64,000 nt of DNA from an uncultured Acidimicrobiia bacterium (GCA_963786955.1 CAWBAT010000005.1:288001-352000), one strand, 5' to 3'. Counted from the stretch's first letter, positions 9,893 through 21,698 are shown. Program-made: numbers and translations. Notes: a model not told the origin generated them from the sequence alone.

Positions 9893-10666
9893 ATGGGGGA
9901 TACTACACAACCCTGAAACGGGCGCTCAATTGTTCGCATTGCATTAGTCGGGGAGTATAACTCCCAAGTCATCGCCCACCAGGCAATCCCCAAAGCACTG
10001 GCTCTGGCTGCAACGTCTTTGAATTGTGAATGTGAAACGACGTGGGTCGCCACGGAGCAAATCGAATCCGATCCCCTTGCACAGCTATTCATTTTTCAAG
10101 GGATCTGGTGTGTCCCTGCCACTCCTTATCGCAGCATGAATGGGGCACTCAACGCGATTCGTTTTGCTCGAAATGGACACCGTCCCTTCTTGGGGACCTG
10201 TGGAGGGTTTCAGCATGTGGTCATTGAATATGCACGTCATGTCTTAGGCATGGCCAAAGCGGATCATGCCGAGAGCAACCCTGCTGCCCATCTGGCACTG
10301 ATTACTCCTCTCGCTTGCCCCCTGGTGGAAAAAGAAGGAACTGTTCATTTGTTACCCAATTCCCTGGCATTTTCCATTTGCGGAAATGAGAACTTAGTCG
10401 AAACTTATCACTGCAGATTCGGGGTCAACCGGAAGTGGGAGCACTTTCTGTTTGGTCATGGTCTGCAGATTGCCGGTAGAGATCAAGACGAAGAAGTCCG
10501 AGTGATTGAAATCCCCGATCACCCCTTCTTTATGGCAACTTTGTTCCAACCTGAAAGGTCTGCACTCAGAAGCGAGTCCCATCCACTCATTCAAGGATTT
10601 GTTCGAGCCGCCTGCGGAGAAGGGTGGAGCAGGCGAGTGGGACCGCCGTCCCCCGGCGCACACTAG
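9893..10666 (+). CDS. CTP-synthase C-terminal-like class I glutamine amidotransferase (start region interrupted by TGA at 9914)
   Basis: Conserved RIALVGEY...AHQAIP lies in frame upstream of the called TTG 10019; GTCGGFQH, YHCRFG, TLFQPER motifs. Confidence 0.8.
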
Positions 10667-10699
10667 AACGTGCTCGTTCCTGGAGTTTAGACACAGGAG

Positions 10700-10776
10700 C
10701 AGGCCAAAGGCCCGCACCACAATTTTGTGGTGCAGGCGTCCACGCTTGCATCCAAGCGGCCTGAAAGGCCGCTACG
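10700..10776. repeat. Composite REP-like palindromic element, near-identical to 45091-45165
   Basis: aggccaaaggcccgcaccacaattttgtggtgcaggcg...gcggcctgaaaggccgc matches the 45091 copy with a few substitutions. Confidence 0.75.
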
Positions 10777-11049
10777 GACATTTTGGAGTGCGGTAGCTTG
10801 ATACCACTTTCTGGATCACAGTCGATCCATCAAACTGGCAGCAAGCTGCCACGCATCATCAATGCCAAGTCTGATCGAGGTTCCGACCCTAGGCGCCAGC
10901 CAGCTGCCGCACAAGGGTGGGTCCGTAATCCTTGCGTTTCGTCGGGAAAAGAGCGACGCAACGTCGGTTTACACTCCCTGCAGTTGTAATACTTATTGCT
11001 GACCGCAAGATCCATGAGCGAACCAACACCGAAAATGTCCAAACTCCGG

Positions 11050-11135
11050 ACGACAGGCGTGAACGCCTGTCGCCACACAAGACAGTAGCAACAGGCCTCC
11101 AGGCCTGTTATCCGGGCCCAGCGGCCCCGGCTACA
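11050..11135. repeat. GTAG-type REP hairpin cluster
   Basis: gacaggcgtgaacgcctgtc; gtagcaacaggcctccaggcctgtt; gggcccagcggccccggctac; all recur elsewhere in the window. Confidence 0.75.
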
Positions 11136-11164
11136 GCAATTACCGCAATTTATGAAATGCAGCT

Positions 11165-11878
11165 CTAGGATTTTCCGAAGGGACTGCGTTGGAGGGCGTA
11201 ATCAATGCATTCCTGAGGGACTTCAAACTGAGAGAGAACACCGTTTCCTTTGTACTCGACATCTTTGATCCCAATCTCACTGGTATAAAAAGCATCTAGG
11301 GTCATTTTCCTAAGCCATTGGAAGAAATATACCCCGGGGCCGAGGTCCGTTGACGGTTGAAAACCATAGTGACCGAACCCTTGGTAATGGACCATGCCTT
11401 CATACGTGAGTCCCCTCTCCCTGTTCTCATTGGCAGTCCGTTCCAGTCGAGTGATGGAATCCAGTAAGGCAGTCTGTTGTTCTGCCTGGGCATCAAGAAA
11501 GAACGCCCCATAAAGTTTTTTCGCCTCGGCATCCAGCCATGCCAGTCCTCCTGTATAAATGTTGGCTAGTTCCGAATTCTGACTACAGAGCAAATCGATG
11601 AATTCCGGAGCGCCCGCATCCTTGGCGCTGCCGGACACTTCATCCGCGGGCACAATCAACTCAGTCAGCCGGCTGATTGTGGCATATTCATGCTCATTGA
11701 AAAGTTTGGGCTGATACGTTCCCCCTTTCTTTTTTTCTTCTTTGGCTTGCTGATGGACGTGCTCAGCCGCTTCCAGCTTGAGTTGGCCTCCGGCCACTGC
11801 CGTAACCGCCAAGGCAATATTGCGGAGCATATTCCGTCGGGACAGATCTTCGATTTGGACAAGCATAGGGTCAGACAT
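11165..11878 (-). CDS. Gluconate 2-dehydrogenase subunit 3 family protein (Tat-exported partner of the GMC enzyme)
   Basis: LSRRNML twin-arginine motif; ELIVPADEVSGSAKDAGAPEFID; FYTSEIG; overlaps the GMC gene. Confidence 0.88.
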   Translation of the reverse strand: MSDPMLVQIEDLSRRNMLRNIALAVTAVAGGQLKLEAAEHVHQQAKEEKKKGGTYQPKLFNEHEYATISRLTELIVPADEVSGSAKDAGAPEFIDLLCSQNSELANIYTGGLAWLDAEAKKLYGAFFLDAQAEQQTALLDSITRLERTANENRERGLTYEGMVHYQGFGHYGFQPSTDLGPGVYFFQWLRKMTLDAFYTSEIGIKDVEYKGNGVLSQFEVPQECIDYALQRSPFGKS

Positions 11879-13586
11879 TGCCTTTTCTCATCTCCTCTGC
11901 CAGGTAGTCTGAGTTGCGCCAAGCCAGCGCATTGATCGTTAGAGTGGGATTCTTGTCAGGACTACTGACAAATATCCCTCCATCACAAACAAACAGATTT
12001 TTCACATCGTGGGCCTGGCCAAAACCGTTGACCGCGGATGAGCGCCGATCGCTCCCCATCCGGACCGTACCGACCTCATGAATGATCGTCCCCGGCACAG
12101 AAATGCCATCTTTTTCGCGCTGTTCCGGAGTCAGGTGATGGACTTTTCCACCCATCGTCTCAATAATAGAAGCAAAGGTCTGTTCCATGTGGCGCGCCTG
12201 TTTCCATTCATAGTCTGACCATTTGAAATGGAATCGAAGCACCGGGATTCCCCAGCGGTCTACTATAGCTGGATCGATTTCACAATAGCTGTGACTGTTG
12301 GGGATCATTTCACCGCGTCCGGCAAAGCCAACGTGAGTCCCGTAGGCGCGGCGCACATTTTGTTTCATATTTTTGCCATATCCCCATTTTTCACCAGCCC
12401 GCTGAAACATCCCAACCTGAGGCATATGGTAGCCGCCTCCGATTTCGATATGATATCCGCGTGGGAAGCCAATCTTGTCCTGTTGATTCCACAACCACCA
12501 GGGCATAAAGAGATGCGCGCCACCATACCCATCGCTGTCGTAATGAGGCATCCCTTCTAAAGCCGGAACTTCCCCGGATAAATCAAAGCCCACGCTATCC
12601 ATCAGGAATCTCCCCACCACCCCGGATCCGTTGGCCAGGCCATTCGGGAACAAAGCGGACTTGGAATTCAGCAGTAGGCGGGCCGATTCACAAGCACTGG
12701 CGGCAAGAACCACTACCCGGCCGTGAACGATTTTCTCGGTACGGGTATTCTTGTCAATGTAAGAAACCCCCGTCACTTTCCCCGTTTTATCAACCAGCAC
12801 TTCACGCGTCATGGCCATGTCGATAATCTTCAGGTTCCCGGTCTTAAGAGCCGGAAAAATCTGAACTTGGCTGGAGGAATAATTGGAAGCCGACAAACAG
12901 CCTCGGCCGCATTGTCCGCAGTAATGGCAAGGCGGCCGGCCATTTAATTCTTTAGTAATGATGGCCCGGCGATTCGGGACACAGGGGATGCCCAAACGAT
13001 CGCATGATTTTCTTATAAGGACTTCGTGGGCTTTGGGGGGGGGAGGCACTTGAAAAATTCCATCGGGGGTACTTCGAATCCCATCTTTTGTCCCCGTCAC
13101 ACCGATTAGCATCTCGGCTTTGTCGTAATAGGGAGCAATGTCTTCGTAAGAGATGGGCCAATTGGTCCCCAGCCCATCCCGATTGTAGGGCTTAAAATCA
13201 AATTCGGAAAAGCGAAATGACATCCTTCCATAATGATTCGTCCGGCCGCCAATAATGCGCGAGCGAAACCACTGGAATTGGCTGCCTTCGGCAACTGTGT
13301 AAGGTTCTCCCTCCAGTTGCCATCCGCCGCTTGTCGTCGTGAAATAGCCGAAGGGCTTTCCCTTTCCAAAATAAAACGCTCCGCCTTCTCCCGCGCCGCG
13401 ATGGTCGACATCATAGGGCCACATGTGCTCTTTGAATTCCTTAGCGGGATCCAACATTGGACCGGCTTCTAAAAGGGTTACTTTAATCCCCTTGGCCGTC
13501 AGAACCTGCGCGACCGTCCCCCCCGCTGCACCGGATCCGATCACAATGACATCTTGTACTTCCGAACTCTTCTTGACTTGGGACAT
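11871..13586 (-). CDS. GMC family FAD oxidoreductase
   Basis: VIGSGAAGG, GGRTNHYG, CHYCGQCGRGC cluster, HEVGTVRMG, NPTLTI. Confidence 0.95.
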   Translation of the reverse strand: MSQVKKSSEVQDVIVIGSGAAGGTVAQVLTAKGIKVTLLEAGPMLDPAKEFKEHMWPYDVDHRGAGEGGAFYFGKGKPFGYFTTTSGGWQLEGEPYTVAEGSQFQWFRSRIIGGRTNHYGRMSFRFSEFDFKPYNRDGLGTNWPISYEDIAPYYDKAEMLIGVTGTKDGIRSTPDGIFQVPPPPKAHEVLIRKSCDRLGIPCVPNRRAIITKELNGRPPCHYCGQCGRGCLSASNYSSSQVQIFPALKTGNLKIIDMAMTREVLVDKTGKVTGVSYIDKNTRTEKIVHGRVVVLAASACESARLLLNSKSALFPNGLANGSGVVGRFLMDSVGFDLSGEVPALEGMPHYDSDGYGGAHLFMPWWLWNQQDKIGFPRGYHIEIGGGYHMPQVGMFQRAGEKWGYGKNMKQNVRRAYGTHVGFAGRGEMIPNSHSYCEIDPAIVDRWGIPVLRFHFKWSDYEWKQARHMEQTFASIIETMGGKVHHLTPEQREKDGISVPGTIIHEVGTVRMGSDRRSSAVNGFGQAHDVKNLFVCDGGIFVSSPDKNPTLTINALAWRNSDYLAEEMRKGNV

Positions 13587-13928
13587 ATTTTTTTAATGAA
13601 CATCTCCAAGGATATTGCAGCAATCCAATGCTGCTCGCATGAGACCGCCACCAGGGTGGCAGTCTTCAAGCTTTTAGCATTGCAGTATAAGCCCAACGAA
13701 GCAATGCATTTTTGTACTATTTATTGCGTACCGCCCGATGGATCAATTATTATTCCGCAGCCAGTTGGATGGTAGCATTATGCGAAAAAAATCGTCAATT
13801 ACTTCTGAAGCCTTTGATTGGAGACATCGAGCGAGTTGTGGGGGCAAAGCGTTCGCCAAAGTATGCTGGGATGTGCATCATCCCTGCTTACAAATGCTTT
13901 TCCCCTCCCAACTTTTCTGAGGTGCCGC

Positions 13929-14963
13929 ATGAATTCCATTGAAAAATTTCCACAATCTGATCCAGAAGCCCAAATTATCATCGATTTGATGGACGGATTT
14001 CGCGCCTCCAAGGCCGTTTTTACGGCTGTCTCGTTGGGGATCTTTGACCATTTGCACGAGAAACCCCAAAATTGCGAAGCATTGAGCCGGGATCTGGGAT
14101 GCGTACCCGATGCCCTGGAGAGGCTTCTGGGAGCCTGTGCGGCCTTCCATCTACTCCGGATCGAAAAAGGGAATTATCACAACGAGCCAGTGGCTACCCG
14201 ATTCTTACGCCTCCACAGCCCCGAAAGTTTGACAGGGTACATGCTTTCTTCCGATCGCCTCCTTTATCGTCTCTGGGCACACCTGGAGAGCGCCGTTCGT
14301 GAAGGCACCCATCGCTGGAAACAGGAGTTTGGGCAAAAGGAAGGAATTTTCGACCATTTCTTTTCCACCGAAGCGGATAAGAAAACGTTCTTGGCAGGCA
14401 TGCACGGCCACGGACTCATGAGTTCCCCGGCAGTAGTGGCAGCTTTCGACCTGAGCCGCTTTAGACATCTTGCCGATCTGGGTGGAGGCACAGGCCACTT
14501 AGTGATCGAAGCCTGCCGCCGTTTTCCGCAGCTCTCCGGAACCGTCTTTGACTTGCCCTCTGTCACTCCGGTTAGTCGCGACTATGTTCGAAAGGCAAAT
14601 CTGGAAGATCGAATCCAATTCGTCAGTGGCGATTTTTTCAGTGACCCGCTCCCTCCCGCAGACCTTTATTCCATGGGAAGAATCCTCCACGATTGGTCTG
14701 ATGAAAAGGTTAAGTTCTTACTTCAAAAGACCTTTGAGCATTTGCCCGAGCAGGGCGGATTGCTGATTGGAGAGAAGATCCTCAATGAGACTCGTGACGG
14801 GCCGGCGAATGCTTACTTGCAATCACTGAACATGTTGGTCTGTACCGAGGGCAAGGAGAGGACGGCATCGGAATACGAAGCGTTAACACGAGCGGCCGGG
14901 TTTCGTCGCTTTGAGTCTCGGAGTACCGGCCAGCCCGTGGATGCAATGTTGGCCGTGAAATAA
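13929..14963 (+). CDS. O-methyltransferase with dimerisation domain (acetylserotonin OMT-like, Methyltransf_2)
   Basis: DLGGGTG, VFDLP, GDFF, RILHDW, GKERT; start chosen at MNSIEKF. Confidence 0.92.
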   Translation: MNSIEKFPQSDPEAQIIIDLMDGFRASKAVFTAVSLGIFDHLHEKPQNCEALSRDLGCVPDALERLLGACAAFHLLRIEKGNYHNEPVATRFLRLHSPESLTGYMLSSDRLLYRLWAHLESAVREGTHRWKQEFGQKEGIFDHFFSTEADKKTFLAGMHGHGLMSSPAVVAAFDLSRFRHLADLGGGTGHLVIEACRRFPQLSGTVFDLPSVTPVSRDYVRKANLEDRIQFVSGDFFSDPLPPADLYSMGRILHDWSDEKVKFLLQKTFEHLPEQGGLLIGEKILNETRDGPANAYLQSLNMLVCTEGKERTASEYEALTRAAGFRRFESRSTGQPVDAMLAVK

Positions 14964-15002
14964 CAATTGCCTTGGTTCCCCTCGCAGCCGCATGATATTA
15001 GG

Positions 15003-15949
15003 ATGAAAGCTCGATTTAAACGAAAGGGATGTTGCTTGATTTCACTTCTCCGACAAAAGAACAATCGACGAATCGCCATTGGCATTGGGACCATTGCCCT
15101 TATTTTTGTCTTATTCCTGGCCCTCTCCGGTTACCCAGGCCTCTTGCTAAAACGGCTCATCAATGGCCTGGCCACGATCCGCCCCACCGAAGGACTCGAT
15201 CTGACATCTCTGGGAACATTCGGATTACTGGCTCTTGGCCTTGTCTATGGGCTTAAGCATGCGACTGAGGTGGATCATATTGTTGCAGTCTCCACGATCG
15301 TCAGTGAACACCGAAAATTATCCCATGCTGCTCTCGTAGGCGCTTTATGGGGGTAGGACATACGGCTTCGCTAATCATTGTGGGAACGATCGTACTCGTT
15401 TTGCGAACCGCAATTTCTGATCAGTTAGCCGGGTGGCTGGAGTTTGGCGTCGCTTTCATGATCATTGGCTTAGGCATTAGCGCGCTCTTTAAAGCATTGG
15501 TCGCACGCTCTGCTCTCCATATTCATTCCCATGCCCATGATGGTGTCTCGCACCTGCATCTGCATTTCCACGAGCAGGGAAGCGCTCATGAAGGAACGGG
15601 GATCATCCATTCCCATGCTGTATCCCGGATTGGCTTGAAGCCGACACTGGTTGGAATGATGCATGGCCTGGCTGGTTCCGCGGCGTTGACCTTGCTCGTG
15701 CTGACACAAATTCGATCCTTTGGATTGGGCCTGCTTTATCTTGCAATTTTCGGAATTGGATCCATTGTGGGAATGATGGTGATGTCGGGGTTGGTGGGTT
15801 TACCCTTTGCTCTGAGCTCAAAAAAACTGACAGGATTTCATTATGCCCTCCAGTTGGTCGCAGGCGTATTCAGCATCACATTTGGCCTCTGGTACGCCTA
15901 TATAATAGGTATGGCCAACGGATTAAGAATTACTGTTAACGGATTTTAG
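15003..15949 (+). pseudogene. UreH/HoxN-HupN-NixA-like nickel transporter or urease accessory membrane protein, split by one frameshift
   Basis: GLKHATEVDHIVAVS in the first ORF; WG-GHT junction broken at a G-run near 15349-15353; His-rich loop and GMMHGLAGSAAL in the second ORF. Confidence 0.8.
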
Positions 15950-15962
15950 TCCGCTATGGCTA

Positions 15963-16122
15963 AAAGTTCCCCTCCTGGGTCAGGAGGGGAACTGAAGGCC
16001 GTCAGGCCTTCAAGGGGGTGGTCGAGCGTGGACAATCGTATCCACCTTGGGCTTGCCCACGAGCATTACCACCCCGAAGCCCTTACGTGCTTCCGCCCCT
16101 CCTAAAATAGGAGGGGATCTTT
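15963..16122. repeat. Palindromic non-coding element with CCCCTCCT/AGGAGGGG hairpins at both ends
   Basis: ttcccctcctgggtcaggaggggaa at left, cccctcctaaaataggagggg at right, internal ggggtggt/accacccc inverted pair. Confidence 0.7.
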
Positions 16123-16297
16123 TGACAGGGCCCCCTTCAAAGGAGGAAGGAGACATCCCTCCCGTTTTGCAATGGGAATAAATCGCCCCGACCTCTCGCG
16201 ACTTGACCTATCGACTGTTGCTCGCCTACTATTGCGTTACTCTTGCAGGTTGGGAAAAGCAATTTCCAATGGAGCAGGCTAAAAACCTCGGTGGTAA

Positions 16298-16942
16298 ATG
16301 ATGAAACTAAAGCTGAGACTTCCAGTATTCTCAAGAACAGCTTTGGTCTGCCTCTCTTTGACGATCTTCATCGCTTGTTCCGAAGCGCCGAAATCGGAGA
16401 TTGAAAAAGCCACCCAAAATTCCCCTCCCCCTGCGCCGGTCACTGGGCGTTTCGCGTTCCAGCGAATGATCATACAAGCCAAAGGATGGGCAGTCGATGC
16501 GCAGCCGTTGAAACTTTCCGGTCTATTTCTCAAGCAAGTTCCTGTAGAACATGGAAAATGCGGGGCCTGGCAAGCGACTTTTGTTTCAGCGCAAAAATCC
16601 AAAGCCAGAACTTACACTCTGTCGGTAATCGAGATTGGAGGGATCCATGAAGGGGTCTTGGCGGGACGAGAGGAAACATGGAGTGGTCCTCGTGGCCAGG
16701 AACATCCATTTAATCCCCAGGCGTTACACGTTGATTCCAACGAAGCTTATGCCACTGCTGCCAAAGAGAGTGCTGATTTCATCAAGAAGAACCCCAACCT
16801 TCCTGTCGTCTTCCTGCTGGAACAAACTCCTCGATTTCCGAACCTCACCTGGCGAGTTTTTTGGGGCGAGACTATCGGAAGCAGCCATTACTCGGTCTTC
16901 GTCGATGCCAGCACTGGGCTGTACCTACAGACGCTACATTAA
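16298..16942 (+). CDS. Hypothetical lipoprotein
   Basis: Signal peptide ending FIAC, Pro-rich linker, C-terminal W-x-V...VFVDASTG PepSY-like segment. Confidence 0.75.
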   Translation: MMKLKLRLPVFSRTALVCLSLTIFIACSEAPKSEIEKATQNSPPPAPVTGRFAFQRMIIQAKGWAVDAQPLKLSGLFLKQVPVEHGKCGAWQATFVSAQKSKARTYTLSVIEIGGIHEGVLAGREETWSGPRGQEHPFNPQALHVDSNEAYATAAKESADFIKKNPNLPVVFLLEQTPRFPNLTWRVFWGETIGSSHYSVFVDASTGLYLQTLH

Positions 16943-16966
16943 ACTGAACCAAAGGATTCATGCCGA

Positions 16967-17116
16967 TAGCGACAGGCTTCCCAGCCTGTCGAGCCACGTC
17001 TGAGCGCGGCTATTCTGGCCCCTGGGCCGCGTTCATCAAGCGTGCGCGGGAGCGCCCGCTCCACCCAATCAGGCGGCGTCCGCCAGCCAGGACCGGGGCC
17101 AGCGGCCCCGGCTACG
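16967..17116. repeat. REP-like cluster between convergent genes
   Basis: cgacaggcttcccagcctgtcg and ggggccagcggccccggctac hairpins. Confidence 0.65.
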
Positions 17117-17156
17117 GCTAGAGCAAGCCACACTCTCGGTAGTTTCTCGTCCTAGG

Positions 17157-20100
17157 CTATACCGAGGCGCCATTTCTGACCATTTCGTGGTATTCCTGAA
17201 GCGAGAGGACATCAATTCGGTTCTGCTGCATCGCGGCAATGCCGCTGGCGACGGCGGCGCCGCCGGACAGGGTGGTAATACAAGGAATATGATGTTGCAT
17301 CGCGGCGCGACGGATGGCTCGCTCGTCGAAGAATGAACTCTTCCCGAGGGGGGTGTTTAAGATCAGGTCCACTTTACCGCTTTTGATGAGATCCACAATG
17401 TGCGGACGCCCCTCATTGACCTTGTAAACCGCTTCAACCGCAATTCCATGCTCCTTCAAGACGGCAGCCGTTCCACGCGAGGCGAGTAAAGCGAACCCCA
17501 GTTGCTGGAGTCGTTCTGCAATCTTGATGACATTCTTCTTGTCGTGTTGGTTCACGCTGATGAATGCGGTTCCGGAACGTGGCAGTCGGACTCCCGCACT
17601 CAATTGGGCTTTATAGAAAGCAAGTCCAAAATTATCCGAAACTCCCATCACTTCACCAGTGGACTTCATTTCGGGGCCCAGGATCGTGTCCACACCTGGA
17701 AATTTCGCGAAGGGGAATACCGGAGACTTCACAAAAAAATTGCGGACCGGGAGTTCACCCGACAAACCAAACTCTTGAAGCTTGCGGCCAACCATCAGTC
17801 TCGCCGCTACCTTTGCGAGGGGGATACCCGTAGCTTTGCTGACAAAAGGCACCGTACGAGACGCCCGCGGATTGACTTCCAGCACATAGACGATGTCATC
17901 TTTAATGGCATACTGCACGTTCATCAGACCGACCACATGGAGCGCCTTGGCAAGTGTCCGCGTGTGACGACGCATCGTTTCCAAATGCTCTTCCTTGACT
18001 AAATAGGTTGGAAGCACACAGGAACTGTCTCCTGAATGGATTCCTGCTTCCTCGATGTGTTCCATGATGCCTCCAATCACGACATCTTGGCCATCGGCCA
18101 GGGTGTCCACATCGACTTCGAAGGCATCTTCCAGGAATTTGTCAATCAGGATGGGACGATCCTGAGAGACATCGACGGCCTCATCCATGTAACCCTCGAG
18201 GGTCTGTTGATCGTAACAAATGGCCATCGCCCGTCCGCCCAACACATAAGACGGCCGCACGAGAATAGGAAAGCCGATTCGCTCCGCGATGATAGCCGCT
18301 TCTTCGTAAGACACCGCCGTGCCTGAAGGCGGCTGAGGAATTTGCAGATCGGAGAGGAGTTTCCCAAAGCGTTTACGATCTTCGGCCAGGTCGATGGATT
18401 CGGGTGAGGTACCGATAATCGGCACACCCGCAGCCTGGAGAGGCAGAGCAAGGTTTAACGGGGTCTGCCCACCAAATTGGACAATCACTCCGTCCGGTTT
18501 CTCCTCGTCGACGATGTGCATCACATCTTCGAACGTTAGCGGCTCGAAGTAGAGTCGGTCTGAAGTATCGTAATCGGTTGAGACAGTTTCCGGATTGCAG
18601 TTCACCATGATCGTTTCGTAACCATCTTCCTTAAGCGCGAAAGAAGCATGGCAACAGCAGTAGTCGAATTCAATTCCCTGCCCGATCCGGTTCGGACCAC
18701 TTCCCAGGATGATGATCTTTTTCCGTGTCGAGGGATTGGCTTCACACTCCTGCTCGTAGCTGGAATATAAATAGGGCGTAAATGACTCAAATTCCGCAGC
18801 GCACGTATCCACTCGTTTGAAGACCGGTATGATTTGCTCTTGTATACGTCTGCCTCGGACGGCCTCGGCACTGGTATTCATCAATACCGCCAGCCGTTTG
18901 TCGGAAAATCCCATGCGCTTGGATTCCTTAAGCAGCGCAGGGGTGACAGTCTCAATTTTTTCATGGCGCAAGCGCAAGGCCATTTGCGCCAATTCCTCAA
19001 GTTGCCTGAGAAACCAGCGGTCGATCTTGGTATATTCATAGATTTCATCTACTGAATAGCCCGCTTCCAATGCCGCTCGGAGATAGAGAATGCGATCCGG
19101 GTTAGGCGTGATGAGCTTTTCGCGGATGCGCTCGGGATCAATTTTTTCGGATCCCACTCGACGTCCGGTTTCCAGCGAGCGGATCGCCTTCAGAAAAGAT
19201 TCCTTGAAAGTTCTTCCTATCGCCATCACTTCGCCCACCGATTTCATCTGTGTTCCAAGCACCGGGTCGGTTTCCGGGAATTTTTCAAAGGCCCACTTGG
19301 GAATTTTCGTCACCACATAGTCGATGGTCGGCTCAAAACAGGCGGGCGTTTTCAGCGTAATGTCGTTAGGAATTTCGTTCAGCGTGTATCCTACCGCTAA
19401 TTTTGCGGCGATTTTTGCAATGGGGAAGCCCGTCGCCTTGGAAGCCAGAGCGGAACTGCGGGAAACCCGAGGATTCATTTCGATGACGACAAGCCGCCCA
19501 TTTTCTGGATTCACAGCGAACTGGATATTGGACCCACCCGTTTCGACGCCCACCTTGCGAATCACCCGGATCGCGGCGTTGCGCAGATGTTGATATTCTT
19601 TGTCCGTCAAGGTCTGAATGGGAGCCACGGTTATCGAGTCTCCGGTATGGACTCCCATGGGATCAAAGTTTTCAATGCTGCAGATAATGACCACGTTGTC
19701 TTTGACATCCCGCATGACTTCCAGTTCAAATTCTTTCCAGCCAATGACGGATTCTTCGATCAGAATTTCATGATTCGGACTAAGGTCCAGCCCGCGCTGG
19801 GCTAATTCTTCAAATTCCTCGGAGTTAAAGGCAATTCCACCCCCTGAGCCTCCCATTGTAAAAGAGGGGCGAATAATGGCGGGATAGCCCACCTTTCGAA
19901 CGATTTCAAGCGCTTCCTTGAAACTGTAAGCTACTCCGCTCTTCGGCGTATCGAGTCCGATCTCTTTCATCGCTTCTTTGAAGAGGAGTCTGTCTTCTGC
20001 CACTTTGATCGCCTTGATCTGAGCCCCGATCAATTCGACGCCATATTTGTCCAGTACCCCACTCTCAGAAAGGGCAACCGCAAGATTGAGCGCTGTCTGC

Positions 20101-20375
20101 CCACCCACCGTGGGAAGCAAGGCGTCAGGCAGTTCTCCGGCAATGATGGCTTCCACATATTCCGGGGTCAACGGCTCAACAAAGGTTTTATCTGCCAACT
20201 CGGGATCTGTCATGATGGTTGCAGGGTTCGAATTGACTAGAATCACTTTGTAGCCTTCCGAACGGAGCGCTTTACAGGCCTGCGTGCCCGAGTAGTCAAA
20301 TTCACAAGCCTGTCCAATCACGATGGGTCCCGACCCAATGATGAGAATTTTCTTGATATCAGTTCGTTTGGGCAT
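17157..20375 (-). CDS. carB: Carbamoyl-phosphate synthase large subunit
   Basis: [30 protein letters not shown]; duplicated ATP-grasp domains; C-terminal MGS domain; 1072 aa. Confidence 0.99.
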   Translation of the reverse strand: MPKRTDIKKILIIGSGPIVIGQACEFDYSGTQACKALRSEGYKVILVNSNPATIMTDPELADKTFVEPLTPEYVEAIIAGELPDALLPTVGGQTALNLAVALSESGVLDKYGVELIGAQIKAIKVAEDRLLFKEAMKEIGLDTPKSGVAYSFKEALEIVRKVGYPAIIRPSFTMGGSGGGIAFNSEEFEELAQRGLDLSPNHEILIEESVIGWKEFELEVMRDVKDNVVIICSIENFDPMGVHTGDSITVAPIQTLTDKEYQHLRNAAIRVIRKVGVETGGSNIQFAVNPENGRLVVIEMNPRVSRSSALASKATGFPIAKIAAKLAVGYTLNEIPNDITLKTPACFEPTIDYVVTKIPKWAFEKFPETDPVLGTQMKSVGEVMAIGRTFKESFLKAIRSLETGRRVGSEKIDPERIREKLITPNPDRILYLRAALEAGYSVDEIYEYTKIDRWFLRQLEELAQMALRLRHEKIETVTPALLKESKRMGFSDKRLAVLMNTSAEAVRGRRIQEQIIPVFKRVDTCAAEFESFTPYLYSSYEQECEANPSTRKKIIILGSGPNRIGQGIEFDYCCCHASFALKEDGYETIMVNCNPETVSTDYDTSDRLYFEPLTFEDVMHIVDEEKPDGVIVQFGGQTPLNLALPLQAAGVPIIGTSPESIDLAEDRKRFGKLLSDLQIPQPPSGTAVSYEEAAIIAERIGFPILVRPSYVLGGRAMAICYDQQTLEGYMDEAVDVSQDRPILIDKFLEDAFEVDVDTLADGQDVVIGGIMEHIEEAGIHSGDSSCVLPTYLVKEEHLETMRRHTRTLAKALHVVGLMNVQYAIKDDIVYVLEVNPRASRTVPFVSKATGIPLAKVAARLMVGRKLQEFGLSGELPVRNFFVKSPVFPFAKFPGVDTILGPEMKSTGEVMGVSDNFGLAFYKAQLSAGVRLPRSGTAFISVNQHDKKNVIKIAERLQQLGFALLASRGTAAVLKEHGIAVEAVYKVNEGRPHIVDLIKSGKVDLILNTPLGKSSFFDERAIRRAAMQHHIPCITTLSGGAAVASGIAAMQQNRIDVLSLQEYHEMVRNGASV

Positions 20376-20522
20376 GAAGTGTCAACGCCATAATGCATCT
20401 AGATGAAGGGGTGCTACGGTCAAAGCGCAGTATAAATGGATCGTGGGCTTGGGGTGGAATCACCAAACTGCCCACTCTTGCAAATCTCCCAAACGATTCG
20501 CTCCAAGCCGCTGCTTGCTTCT

Positions 20523-21698
20523 TCATGAGTGTGCCTGCTTCATTCCCTCGCTCTTTTCACGATAAGAGGTCATCAGATTTCGGAATTCCGTGAACAAGTA
20601 GCGGGAATCAAACGGTCCGGGGGAAGACTCCGGATGATATTGCACGCAAAAAAGAGGCAGCTCTCGATGGCGAAAACCTTCCAGTGTGTGATCATTTAAA
20701 TTGAGGTGAGTGACCTCTACTTCCCCTTTGGGGAGCGAATCCATGTCAACGGTAAAACCGTGATTCTGGGCTGTGATTTCGACTTGTCCGGTTGATTGGT
20801 GCAAAACGGGATGGTTACCACCCCGGTGTCCGAATTTCAATTTGTAGGTTTTTCCTCCAAGTGCCAGGCCAAGGATCTGATGTCCCAGGCAAATTCCGAA
20901 GATGGGCTTCTTTCCGATTAGCTGCCGCGCCGTCTGAATGGCGTAGGTGACAGGCTCAGGGTCTCCGGGGCCATTCGAAAGGAAGATCCCATCCGGATGG
21001 TAATCCAAAACCTGTGCCGCACTGGTGCTGGCAGGGACTACCGTCACGTCGCACCCGTGGTCGACGAGCAGACGGAGAATGTTATGTTTGATTCCAAAGT
21101 CAAAAGCCACCACTTTAAAAGGAGGAGACTCCTTCCGAGAATTCTGTGGGCGCCCCCGCTTCTTTCGGGCTGGGAAAAGCTCGGCCGTTGGCTCTTTCCA
21201 GTGATAGGGCTGGTGGCAGGACACTCGTTTCACCAGGTCTTGTCCAATCATGCCAGGGTGTTGCCGCGCTTTTTGCACAAGAGAATCCGGTTGGAGGTCG
21301 TTCGTTGAGATCACCGAACGCATGGCTCCATGGGTCCGGATATGTCTGACCAGGGCCCGGGTATCGATATCCGAAATCCCCAAGATGCCATGTTGACGCA
21401 GGTAATCCGGCAAGGACATCTGTTGTCGCCAATTACTGGGAATTTCTGTGATTTCCCGAACAACCAAGCCTTCGGCATAGGGCCGGTTTGATTCCGCGTC
21501 TTGAGAATTGACACCGTAGTTGCCGATGAGAGGATAGGTGAGGGTAACAATCTGTCCTGCGTAGGAAGGGTCGGTGAGAATTTCCTGGTAACCCGTCAGC
21601 GAGGTATTGAAAACAATTTCTCCAGCTATTTCTCCTTCAGCACCAAATGATTTGCCTCTAAAGTGAAGCCCGTCTTCCAAGGCGAGCAATGCTTCCAT
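20523..21698 (-). CDS. carA: Carbamoyl-phosphate synthase small subunit
   Basis: [35 protein letters not shown]. Confidence 0.99.
   Translation of the reverse strand: MEALLALEDGLHFRGKSFGAEGEIAGEIVFNTSLTGYQEILTDPSYAGQIVTLTYPLIGNYGVNSQDAESNRPYAEGLVVREITEIPSNWRQQMSLPDYLRQHGILGISDIDTRALVRHIRTHGAMRSVISTNDLQPDSLVQKARQHPGMIGQDLVKRVSCHQPYHWKEPTAELFPARKKRGRPQNSRKESPPFKVVAFDFGIKHNILRLLVDHGCDVTVVPASTSAAQVLDYHPDGIFLSNGPGDPEPVTYAIQTARQLIGKKPIFGICLGHQILGLALGGKTYKLKFGHRGGNHPVLHQSTGQVEITAQNHGFTVDMDSLPKGEVEVTHLNLNDHTLEGFRHRELPLFCVQYHPESSPGPFDSRYLFTEFRNLMTSYREKSEGMKQAHS

Noticed and set aside
10190-10216. Selenocysteine at the amidotransferase active site
   Set aside because: The codon in GTCGGFQH is TGT (Cys).
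10506-11168. Short ORFs in the REP-rich gap (also 45085-45591, 40982-41164, 16939-17133)
   Set aside because: Translations of palindromic repeats with no RBS or protein-like signal.
20376-20522. Regulatory RNA between carA and carB
   Set aside because: Only one imperfect hairpin and no recognisable motif.
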